From the NCBI GenBank assembly GCA_023473585.1, contig JAMCYU010000001.1, positions 2,507 through 66,506 on the forward strand: a stretch of 64,000 nt of DNA, in the 5' to 3' direction. Positions 55,194 through 63,377 of the stretch are shown piece after piece. The position numbers and the translations under genes were made by a program. The stretch comes from Patescibacteria group bacterium. GTDB lineage: Bacteria; Patescibacteriota; Microgenomatia; JAMCYU01. The notes under the pieces were generated by a model. That model did not search any database. It saw nothing but the letters and a program-made list of their open reading frames with translations, and was not told the origin of the DNA. How positions within the stretch are numbered: the stretch's first letter is position 1; each line of letters starts with the position of its first letter.

Positions 55194-56433
55194 ATTGGCT
55201 GATAAATTTGTCGAACTTCTCCAAAAGATAATCGATCATTTCATGGGTAATTCCGGGATAAACCCCAATCCAAAAACCGTCATTGGTAATTTTATCAGAA
55301 TTTATTAAATCGCCGACAATCCGGTGTTTAGTCTTTAAGTAGGCCGGGTGTCTTAAAAGATTTCCCCCGAAAAGACTTCTGGTCCCGATTTTATTCTCTT
55401 CCAAGAAATTGACTATTTCCAAACGGCTAAATGGCGCTTTGTCACGGACAATCAGCATAAAACCAAACCAGCAAGGATCGCTTTCAGGTTCTGCCATCGG
55501 CAGAAGAAAATATTTTTGATGTTTTGACAAACCCTTATAAAGTTTAGCAAAATTTTCTTTTCTTATCTTTATAAACTTTGGCAGTTTTTTAAGTTGAGCT
55601 AAACCGATCGCCGCCTGAAAATCGGTTAATTTTAGATTGTAGCCAATCTGCGAATAAATATATTTATGGTCATAACCTAAGGGAAGTTTCCCTAATTTCC
55701 AGGAAAATCTTTTCCTGCAGGTATTGTCTTTTCCTGTCCCGCACCAACAGTCCCTACCCCAATCACGAAACTGCCTGACGGCTTTATATAATAAGGGGTT
55801 GTTGGTGACAACCGCCCCCCCTTCTCCCATCGTGATAATATGAGCCGGGTAAAAACTATAGGTCGAAATATCGCCGAAAGTACCCACCAATTTACCATCA
55901 TAGGTTGATCCTAAAGCGTCAGCGCAATCTTCGATCAACCAAAGATGATATTTCTTAACTAACGCCATAATCTTTTTTATATTAAAGGGGTTACCTAAAG
56001 TGTGAGCCATCATGATCGCTCTAGTTTTTTTGCTGATGGCTTTTTCCACCATTTCCGGCAGCGCATTTTTGGTTTTAAGATCAACATCCACAAAAACCGG
56101 AAGACAGCCGTTTTGAATAATCGGATTAACGGTGGTGGGAAAGCTCGTCGCCAGGGTAATAACTTCATCTTTGGGTTTTAAGGTTTTATTACCTAAGCTC
56201 TTTTGATTAACCAGAGCGGAAATGGCTAAAAGATTAGCTGAAGAGCCGGAATTGACTAAGGTCACATACTTTATCCCTAAATAATCGGCAAACTTTTTTT
56301 CAAATTCTTCGGCAAATCTTCCTTCGGTCCACCAGCCGTCCCTAGCGGCGGCGATGGCATTATTAATCTCCTCTTGGTCATAAACTTTCCCCGAGGCGGG
56401 GATGTATGTTTGACCCGGTTTGAATTTTTGCAT
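55186..56433 (-). CDS. ddhC: CDP-4-keto-6-deoxyglucose 3-dehydratase (E1; DdhC/RfbH/AscC-like PMP-dependent dehydratase)
   Basis: DegT/AHBA-synthase fold (…TYIPASGKVYDQEEINNAIAAARDGWWTEGRFAEEFEKKFADYLG…SGSSANLLAISAL…). The active-site position carries His, not Lys (…SFYPAHIITMGEGGAV…). Has a Cys cluster (…RDCWCGTGKDNTCRKRF…), as in the [2Fe-2S]-containing E1 family. Confidence 0.7.
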   Translation of the reverse strand: MQKFKPGQTYIPASGKVYDQEEINNAIAAARDGWWTEGRFAEEFEKKFADYLGIKYVTLVNSGSSANLLAISALVNQKSLGNKTLKPKDEVITLATSFPTTVNPIIQNGCLPVFVDVDLKTKNALPEMVEKAISKKTRAIMMAHTLGNPFNIKKIMALVKKYHLWLIEDCADALGSTYDGKLVGTFGDISTYSFYPAHIITMGEGGAVVTNNPLLYKAVRQFRDWGRDCWCGTGKDNTCRKRFSWKLGKLPLGYDHKYIYSQIGYNLKLTDFQAAIGLAQLKKLPKFIKIRKENFAKLYKGLSKHQKYFLLPMAEPESDPCWFGFMLIVRDKAPFSRLEIVNFLEENKIGTRSLFGGNLLRHPAYLKTKHRIVGDLINSDKITNDGFWIGVYPGITHEMIDYLLEKFDKFISQYE

Positions 56434-56496
56434 AGTTTTTAAAAAGATAAGGCGCGCGTTGATTTTGTGTCTATTATACTATAAGATTAGGTCAAG
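56434..56496 (+). promoter_or_regulatory. Divergent intergenic region with candidate promoter for the plus-strand SDR gene
   Basis: TTGATTttgtgtctattatacTATAAGat followed by RBS AGGT and ATG at 56497. TTGATT, ~17-nt spacer, TATAAG. Confidence 0.35.
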
Positions 56497-57537
56497 ATGA
56501 ACAAGATCTATCTGGAAGATTTTCGTTTCCTTCTTTCGCAAAAATTACCATGGGAGAACTTACGGAATAAAACTCTTCTTATTACCGGAGCTTCGGGTTT
56601 TATTGCCTCCTATCTTATTAAATTTCTGCTTTTTTTAAATAAAGAAATGGGTCTTCATCTTAAGGTTATTGGGATTGTCAGAAATAAAAAGAATGGGGAC
56701 CAAAAATTTGCTGAATATAAAAAGAGCCAAGATTTGAAAATTCTTGTTCAGGATATTGCTAACCCTCTTAAAATAAAGGAGAAAGTTCATTTTATTATTC
56801 ATGCCGCCAGCCAGGCCAGCCCCAAATATTATAATCTCGATCCCGTTGGGACTTTAAAAGCTAATGTTTTAGGCACCTATAACCTTTTGGAGTTGGCGAA
56901 AAATAACCCTCTTGAGAGTTTTCTTTTCTTAAGTTCTGGTGAAATTTACGGAATGACACCGGCAAAAAAAATAACCAACGAAACCTCCTATGGTTATCTT
57001 GACCCCTTGAATATCAGATCTTGTTATGGCGAAAGCAAACGTTTAGGAGAAACGCTGTGCGTTTCCTACTCTCACCAATACCAAATTCCCGCGAAAATTG
57101 TCAGGCTTTATCATACTTATGGGCCGGGAGTGAATTTAAATGATGGCAGGGTTTTCGCTGATTTTATCAAAAACATCTTAACTAATGAGAATATTGTTCT
57201 TAAAAGCAGCGGCAAAACAACGCGTTCTTTTTCTTATATCGCCGATACTGTTTGTGGATTATTCACAGTGCTTTTCAAAGGAAAAAATCAGGAAGCATAT
57301 AATCTTGCTAACGAGAATGCCACTGTTTCTATAAAAGAACTGGCCGAAACTTTAATTAAATTATTTCCGCAAAAAAAATTGAAAATGATTTTTGAAAAGA
57401 GAGACAAGAAAGAGCTTTATTCTGAAAGTAAAATTACTGATAATAATCCAGATACTAAAAAATTATCTTCGTTAGGTTGGCAGCCGCATTTTTCTTTAAA
57501 AGAAGGTTTTAAAAGAACGATTGAAAGTTATAACTAG
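56497..57537 (+). CDS. NAD(P)-dependent epimerase/dehydratase-family SDR (possible CDP-4-keto-3,6-dideoxyhexose reductase, RfbJ/RfbS-like)
   Basis: …LLITGASGFIASYLIKFL… Rossmann motif. Catalytic …YGESKRLGE… (YxxxK). 346 aa. The specific substrate is inferred only from context. Confidence 0.55.
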   Translation: MNKIYLEDFRFLLSQKLPWENLRNKTLLITGASGFIASYLIKFLLFLNKEMGLHLKVIGIVRNKKNGDQKFAEYKKSQDLKILVQDIANPLKIKEKVHFIIHAASQASPKYYNLDPVGTLKANVLGTYNLLELAKNNPLESFLFLSSGEIYGMTPAKKITNETSYGYLDPLNIRSCYGESKRLGETLCVSYSHQYQIPAKIVRLYHTYGPGVNLNDGRVFADFIKNILTNENIVLKSSGKTTRSFSYIADTVCGLFTVLFKGKNQEAYNLANENATVSIKELAETLIKLFPQKKLKMIFEKRDKKELYSESKITDNNPDTKKLSSLGWQPHFSLKEGFKRTIESYN

Positions 57538-57543
57538 GTAAGA

Positions 57544-59343
57544 TTACTGAAGTTCTTCCCTGATATGATTTATTTCCTCATCTTCTAAAAAGGGAAACAT
57601 TTCGTCCATTGGCGCCGATACAAGTTTACCGTCGGTTGTTTTTTTTGAAGAAACGCCCAGAATATCCTGCCACTTTGGACAGACAATTTCGCAAATAACC
57701 GTCTTTGGACTTTTAAGGATTAAGGGTATCTTTTTTGATAAATCATCTTCTTTCTCCAGCCTATAAAAGGTAAGACCGTAAGCCTTGGCGATTTTTTCCG
57801 TATCCGGAATTAAAACTCCAGATTTGGGCCCCTCGCCGATTAAACGACCGTTAAAAAAGTTCTTCTGCGTCGTCCGGATCGCTAAATAACCATGATTATT
57901 GATGACAAAAATTTTAGCCGGTATTTTATGATAGCCAATCGTGGCTAACTCATGAATATTTAATTGCAATGATCCATCTCCGGTAATACAGATAATCTTT
58001 GCTCGTTTTTGTGCCGCCCAAACACCTAAAATAGCCGGAAGATTATAACCCATCGTTAAAGTGGCGCCGGGAATAATCATTCGCTGCTCTTTTTTCAATT
58101 TTAAGGTTTGCGTACTAATATAGGCCGTCACTCCAGCGTCAGCAATAAAAATATCGCCGGGTTTTGAAGATTTGGCAACTGCCCAAATGGCCTTATACAT
58201 ATTAATTTCTTTAAGTTGTTTATCGGTTTTCGGGATAAAAAGAGAGTATTTGTTTTTTATCTCCTGGCATTTTTTTAACCAAAAACCATGATCATGTTCT
58301 TTAATCTTGTCCTTTAAAATCGCCCTACTTAATTTATCAATGAAACATTTGGCGTCAGAAATAATTAACGAATCGATTTTAATGGTTTTCTTCTTGTGTT
58401 CCTCGGGGTCAATATCAATCACGATTTTATAAGAAAGCGGTGAGAATTTATCATATTCGTGACCAATAAAAGGAACCGCCAAACGACTCCCCAAAGAAAT
58501 AATGAGGTCTGAATTTTGGATAATCATATTGGCAGCTCGATCACCCCTGGTTCCTCCGTGCCCCATATAAAACGGGTTATCATACTCTAAAAGGTCAAAA
58601 CCCATATCGGGGACAACCACCGGGATTCTTAAAAGGGAAATAAGCTTTCGAAATTCCTTAACGGCACCGGAAAGTCTTACCCCGCCGCCGGCAATCATGA
58701 CCGGTTTTTTAAATTTTTGGAGAAGGCTTATGACTTGCCCTATTTCCTGGTCAGTAGCACAAGGAACCGTCTTTTTAGTTTCATTTTGGTTAAAAGGAAG
58801 AAGACCAAGAGGCTCAATTTCTGAAGCGGCAATATCTGACGGGATATCAAGCCATACAGGACCAGGTCTTCCAAACCGAGCTAAAAAATAAGCCTTTTCG
58901 ATCTGCCATCTTGCATCTTCCGGTTTTTCAATAATCGAAGCGTATTTAGTCAATGTTTTAACAATCGGGATAATATTAACTTCCTGAATTCCAAACTGGC
59001 GAAGAGAAGAAACCTCTGAAAATTGAGTCATTTGGGATTTTTTGGCCTGGCTGGACAAGAAAATAACCGGAATTGAATTTTGATAAGCTTCCAAAAGTCC
59101 GGTAATCGCATTCGTTGAGCCGGGACCGGAAGTGACCATGACGGCGCCGGGGATATTTTTTGTTTTCGCGTACGCCTCAGCAGCCATGGCCGCCGCTTGC
59201 TCGTGATGACAACAGATATAATTGATTTTCTTGTGACAGACAACGGCGTCATTTAAATACATCGCCCCGCCGCCGGCTAAAGTAAAAATATGGCTAATCC
59301 CTTTCTTGTAAAGAAAATCAATGATGTAATCAGCAACTCTCAT
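57544..59343 (-). CDS. Thiamine-diphosphate-dependent enzyme, acetolactate-synthase-large-subunit-like (candidate YerE-like sugar C-branching enzyme)
   Basis: 599 aa. N-terminal Pyr domain …GISHIFTLAGGGAMYLNDAVV…HEQAAAMAAEAYAKT…VMVTSGPGSTNAITGL…. Central FAD/NAD-like domain. C-terminal PP domain …ITGDGSLQLNIHELATI… (GDG-x-N motif). Confidence 0.6.
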   Translation of the reverse strand: MRVADYIIDFLYKKGISHIFTLAGGGAMYLNDAVVCHKKINYICCHHEQAAAMAAEAYAKTKNIPGAVMVTSGPGSTNAITGLLEAYQNSIPVIFLSSQAKKSQMTQFSEVSSLRQFGIQEVNIIPIVKTLTKYASIIEKPEDARWQIEKAYFLARFGRPGPVWLDIPSDIAASEIEPLGLLPFNQNETKKTVPCATDQEIGQVISLLQKFKKPVMIAGGGVRLSGAVKEFRKLISLLRIPVVVPDMGFDLLEYDNPFYMGHGGTRGDRAANMIIQNSDLIISLGSRLAVPFIGHEYDKFSPLSYKIVIDIDPEEHKKKTIKIDSLIISDAKCFIDKLSRAILKDKIKEHDHGFWLKKCQEIKNKYSLFIPKTDKQLKEINMYKAIWAVAKSSKPGDIFIADAGVTAYISTQTLKLKKEQRMIIPGATLTMGYNLPAILGVWAAQKRAKIICITGDGSLQLNIHELATIGYHKIPAKIFVINNHGYLAIRTTQKNFFNGRLIGEGPKSGVLIPDTEKIAKAYGLTFYRLEKEDDLSKKIPLILKSPKTVICEIVCPKWQDILGVSSKKTTDGKLVSAPMDEMFPFLEDEEINHIREELQ

Positions 59344-59346
59344 TGT

Positions 59347-60522
59347 TTAAATTTTAGCAAGGGCGATTTTAATCTTTTTTAGGCCTTCTTTTAAATTCTC
59401 AATTGAGGTTGCGTAAGAAATGCGAAGATAACCTTCTCCGTATTTTCCAAAAGCCGTTCCCGGCAAAAGTGCAACTTGAGCCTTGTTAAGAAGATAATCC
59501 GCTAGCCAGGCGGAACTTTTTTTGAATTTTTTAATATTCGGAAAAACATAGAAAGCTCCTTCCGGTTGTTGACAGGAAACACCGGGAATATTATTTAAAA
59601 GCCGAACGACGATATCTCTTCTTTTCTCAAATTCAAAAACCATTTTTTTTGCTTCTTTTTGTGGACCGGTCAGGGCTTCTAAACCGGCATATTGGGTAAA
59701 AGTCGCCGTACAACCAACTAAATGGGTCAATAATGAATCGATTTTGTCTGTAAGAACTGGGGGCATGACTAAATAGCCCAAGCGCCAACCGGTCATCGAA
59801 TAGGTTTTAGAAAAACCGTCAACGATAATCGTCCTCTCCTTCATCTTCGGCAAACTAAAAATACTTTCATATTCCTTATGGTCATAAAGAAGATGCGAAT
59901 AGATTTCATCGGTTAGAACCCAGGTTTTGGTTTTTTTTACCAATTCGGCAATCTCCATGAGAATACTTTTGGACATAACGCCGCCGGTCGGATTGCTCGG
60001 TGAATTTAAAATAACAAGTTTGGTTTTTTTTGAAAAATGTTTTTTAAAGATTCTCATGTCGAAACCAAAACTGTTCTCCTCCAAAAGAGGGATCGGTTTT
60101 CTCATGCCGCCAAAAAAATCGACTAAGGTTTCGTAGGTCGGAAAACCGGGGTTAGGATAAATAATTTCATCACCCTTTTCTATGGTTGCCGCCATGGCAA
60201 CAAAAATAGCGGTTTTACCGCTGGGGGTGACGGCTATTGAATCGCTGAAAACATTAATTTTTCTTTCTTTAGAAATTTTTTTGGCAAGAGCTTCTCTTAA
60301 GGGAGAAATTCCCAACGGAGGATTATACTTAGTTAAACCGTTTTGAAGAGCTTTTATCCCTGCCTGGGTAATATTCTTGGGGGTTGGAAAATCAGGCTGA
60401 CCAATTTCAAAATGAATTATTTTTTTGCCTTGTTTTTCCAAAACTTCCGCTTTTGCCAAAACCTGATAAGCGCCCTCTGCCCTAAGCAGCTTTATTCTTT
60501 CTGTAAATTTAAGAGTTTTCAT
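59347..60522 (-). CDS. Class I/II (aspartate-aminotransferase-fold) PLP-dependent aminotransferase
   Basis: …YNPPLGISPLREALAKKI…, …NSPSNPTGGVM…, and the PLP-lysine region …DGFSKTYSMTGWRLGYLV…. 391 aa. Confidence 0.7.
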   Translation of the reverse strand: MKTLKFTERIKLLRAEGAYQVLAKAEVLEKQGKKIIHFEIGQPDFPTPKNITQAGIKALQNGLTKYNPPLGISPLREALAKKISKERKINVFSDSIAVTPSGKTAIFVAMAATIEKGDEIIYPNPGFPTYETLVDFFGGMRKPIPLLEENSFGFDMRIFKKHFSKKTKLVILNSPSNPTGGVMSKSILMEIAELVKKTKTWVLTDEIYSHLLYDHKEYESIFSLPKMKERTIIVDGFSKTYSMTGWRLGYLVMPPVLTDKIDSLLTHLVGCTATFTQYAGLEALTGPQKEAKKMVFEFEKRRDIVVRLLNNIPGVSCQQPEGAFYVFPNIKKFKKSSAWLADYLLNKAQVALLPGTAFGKYGEGYLRISYATSIENLKEGLKKIKIALAKI

Positions 60523-61499
60523 CTTTTCTCGTCCTTAAGGTGTTTTTGGTACCATAAAAAAGTCTCTTTGATCCCCTCTTTGAAGGCATAATTGGTTCGC
60601 CAGCCAAGATTCCTGATTTTTCTGTCATTAAGATGTTGGTAGGGAATTTCGTTTTTTGCGGTATTTAAGATTTTGTAGGGAATTTTAACTTTTAAAATTC
60701 CTTCTATTTTTTTAACTAACGCCAAAACCGACAATGTCTCGCTGGAAGAAAAATTAAAAGCTTCACCTTTAATTTTGGCAAAATTTTGTAAAAGAAACAA
60801 ATAGCCGCAAACGACGTCTTTAACATAAAGATAATCTCTTACATATTTGCCGTTACTTCTTAATTCTAAAGGTTTATTTTTTATCACGGCCGTGCATATT
60901 CCGGGAATAATCCTATCAGAATGTAAATCGCCTTCTCCGTAGACATTGCCAAAACGCGTTACGGCTACCGGCAATCCATAAGTTTTATAGTAAGCCAAAG
61001 AGATTAGGTCTTCGCAGGATTTAGAAACATCATAAGGATGATCGCCTTTCAGGGCGTCTTCTTCCCAATATTTTCCCTTGATTAATTTTCCATAGGCCTT
61101 ATCGGAGGAAGCAACGATTATTCCCTTGACAAAAGAAGAGAGTCTTGCGGCTTCTAAAAGATTAATTGTCCCCATGACGTTTGTTTCAAAGGCTTCCCGC
61201 GGCTTTTCTAAGGAAGCGGTAACCGTTGAATAGGCGGCTAAATGAAAAACATATTCGGGTTGATATCTTCGGAAAAGTTCGAGAATCTTTTTTTCGTTTC
61301 TGATATCCGTCAATTCCAATTTGACTTTATCTTTGAGTTTATTAAGAGAAAAGGTGGAGTTCTTTTTAAGTTCAATATCAACAACAATAACTTTTGCCCC
61401 AAGTTCAAGAAGCTTTTCGACTAAATGACCACCGATAAAACCCGTTCCTCCCGTCACTAAAATTGTTTTTCCCAAAAGTCCTGATTTAATCATCTTCAT
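60519..61499 (-). CDS. ddhB: CDP-glucose 4,6-dehydratase-like extended SDR (DdhB/RfbG-like)
   Basis: …LLGKTILVTGGTGFIGGHLVEKLLELGAKV… (compare DdhB FWQGKRVFVTGHTGFKG). Catalytic region …ASSDKAYGK… (compare SDKCYEN). 326 aa. Adjacent to ddhA. Confidence 0.5.
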   Translation of the reverse strand: MKMIKSGLLGKTILVTGGTGFIGGHLVEKLLELGAKVIVVDIELKKNSTFSLNKLKDKVKLELTDIRNEKKILELFRRYQPEYVFHLAAYSTVTASLEKPREAFETNVMGTINLLEAARLSSFVKGIIVASSDKAYGKLIKGKYWEEDALKGDHPYDVSKSCEDLISLAYYKTYGLPVAVTRFGNVYGEGDLHSDRIIPGICTAVIKNKPLELRSNGKYVRDYLYVKDVVCGYLFLLQNFAKIKGEAFNFSSSETLSVLALVKKIEGILKVKIPYKILNTAKNEIPYQHLNDRKIRNLGWRTNYAFKEGIKETFLWYQKHLKDEKR

Positions 61500-61505
61500 A
61501 AAAGA

Positions 61506-62285
61506 TTAGTCTTTCCAAATTTTCCACTTTGGATCTTCTTTCCAAAGACGGTTAAGATCATCCACGTCAGGATAAGTGTCCATCGAGTGCCAGAAACCGT
61601 CATGGATAAAAAGCGAAAGCTCTCTTTTGCGGATTAATCTTTTTAGGGCCGGGTGTTCCATTTCCCCTGTTTTTAAGTATCTAAAAAATTCCCTTTTAAA
61701 AACCATAAACCCGCCGTTAACCCATTCATGAAGTACCGGCTTCTCAATAAATTTATCAATAATGCCGCTTCGGTTGGTTTTTAAAAGCCCGTATTTGCTT
61801 CTGGGGTGAACGCCGATAATTGTCCCGATTTTATTTTTCTTTTGATGAAACTTGACCAATTCATTAAGATCAACGTCGCCGACACCGTCTCCATAAGTCA
61901 CCATAAAATCTTCGTCTTCTTGAGGGATATAGGGTTTAAGCCTTAAGATTCTTTCTCCGGGCAAAGTATTTTCGCCGGTATCCACAAAGGTGATTTTAAA
62001 ATCGTCGCCGGTTTTTCCGTCATTTTTGTAAACTCTGGCAAAACCGCTTTTGGTAAAAAGGGTAAAATTGTTGGCAAAATATTTTTGATTCAAAAAATAA
62101 TCTTTAATGTAGTCGCCTTTGTACCCCAAAGCCAGAATAAAGTCATTGAAGCCGTAATGGGCATAGATTTTCATGATGTGCCAAAGAATCGGCTTACCGC
62201 CGACATTAACCATGGGTTTAGGTTTAAATTCCGTTTCTTCTTTTAACCTGTATCCTATTCCCCCGCAAAGAATAATTGTTTTCAT
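61506..62285 (-). CDS. ddhA: Glucose-1-phosphate cytidylyltransferase
   Basis: MKTIILCGGIGYRLKEETEFKPKPMVNVGGKPILWHIMKIYAHYGFNDFILALGYKG… closely matches the RfbF/DdhA family N-terminus. 259 aa. Confidence 0.8.
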   Translation of the reverse strand: MKTIILCGGIGYRLKEETEFKPKPMVNVGGKPILWHIMKIYAHYGFNDFILALGYKGDYIKDYFLNQKYFANNFTLFTKSGFARVYKNDGKTGDDFKITFVDTGENTLPGERILRLKPYIPQEDEDFMVTYGDGVGDVDLNELVKFHQKKNKIGTIIGVHPRSKYGLLKTNRSGIIDKFIEKPVLHEWVNGGFMVFKREFFRYLKTGEMEHPALKRLIRKRELSLFIHDGFWHSMDTYPDVDDLNRLWKEDPKWKIWKD

Positions 62286-63322
62286 TTTAAAAAATATTGT
62301 TTACTTAAAAAAGCGTATGTATTATATACCTTTTTAAGATTTTGTGCCCGGTTGATCTTGTTTTTGCCCGCATGTTGAATGGCTCTGATTATTTTCCAAA
62401 CAAATTTTGGCAGCAATAGGGCCATAATGATAAATAACCAAAATAATAAATTTCTTTTTAATCTTGGCTCGAGTTTGACTAGTCTTTTATCAAATTTAAT
62501 TAAATTAGAACTATTCGAATATAATTTAATAGCTGGCTGCAAAATAATGAAATTCTTATAAAAATTTAGCTTGAAAGCATTGAGTTCTTTTGGAGAAATA
62601 ACTTTAAAAACATAATCGGTATAAGTTTCAAACATTAAACGATTCTGTTTGGAGACTTGGTAATGCGTCAGGATGTCACCTTGAGACCAGGTAATAACCA
62701 TATAATTCTTTGAGCTAAAAAGGGCGCCGTCTTTTTGGGTCGCTTCAAAAATTGCCTTAATCCATGCCGTTTCTCGACAATCAGTCACCTTATTTTCGAT
62801 TCCTTTACTATTCTTAATGACCAAGCCCGCCACATGTCCGGCGGCGACTTTATTAAAAAAATGAACGATTTTTTCTCCCGAGGAATTCTTGGGAAGAACG
62901 ATATCTTTTTCAATGGTAATAATACTTTTACGAAGGCCTTTCCCTATAAATTTTCTTTCGATTAAATTCAGGCGAAGAAAACCATAATTTTTTTTATCAA
63001 TTATTTTTTTTATTTGCTCCAGCGTGTCTTCAAAAAGAATAAAATCGTCATCACCCATCGTAAAAAGGTATTTTCCCCTGGCGTAGGAAAAAACTTTTTG
63101 ATAATTTAATTCAGCACCAATGTTAATTTTGTTACGGTAATATCTAATTCGCTTATCTTTAAAAGACTTGATCACTTGTTGTGTTTCGTCGGTAGAGGCG
63201 TTATCGGAAATAATCAGTTCAAAATCCTTAAAAGTTTGTTTAAGAGTAATGGCAATCGTTGCCTTTAAAAGCTCATAACGGTTGTAGGTAGGAATAACGA
63301 TAGAAAAAAAAGGTTTTGTCAT
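62282..63322 (-). CDS. Glycosyltransferase family 2 (GT-A)
   Basis: …FFSIVIPTYNRYELLKATIAITLKQTFKDFELIISDNASTDET…. 346 aa. Confidence 0.75.
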   Translation of the reverse strand: MTKPFFSIVIPTYNRYELLKATIAITLKQTFKDFELIISDNASTDETQQVIKSFKDKRIRYYRNKINIGAELNYQKVFSYARGKYLFTMGDDDFILFEDTLEQIKKIIDKKNYGFLRLNLIERKFIGKGLRKSIITIEKDIVLPKNSSGEKIVHFFNKVAAGHVAGLVIKNSKGIENKVTDCRETAWIKAIFEATQKDGALFSSKNYMVITWSQGDILTHYQVSKQNRLMFETYTDYVFKVISPKELNAFKLNFYKNFIILQPAIKLYSNSSNLIKFDKRLVKLEPRLKRNLLFWLFIIMALLLPKFVWKIIRAIQHAGKNKINRAQNLKKVYNTYAFLSKQYFLK

Positions 63323-63330
63323 CCGTTTTG

Positions 63331-63359
63331 TTTACAAGATAAGTATTTTACACTATAAT
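63331..63359 (+). promoter_or_regulatory. Near-consensus sigma70 promoter (TTTACA, 17-nt spacer, TATAAT) for the downstream plus-strand PMT-like gene
   Basis: gTTTACAagataagtattttacacTATAATtagg. RBS aaagag 6 nt before ATG at 63378. Confidence 0.5.
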
Positions 63360-63377
63360 TAGGCCAAATTAAAGAGT

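Noticed and set aside
57544-59343. Annotating the TPP enzyme simply as biosynthetic acetolactate synthase (ilvB)
   Set aside because: No ilvN/ilvC/ilvD partners are nearby. The gene is embedded between CDP-sugar-modifying genes, and reduced genomes of this type usually lack branched-chain amino acid synthesis. A sugar-modifying YerE-like role is more consistent with context, though unproven.
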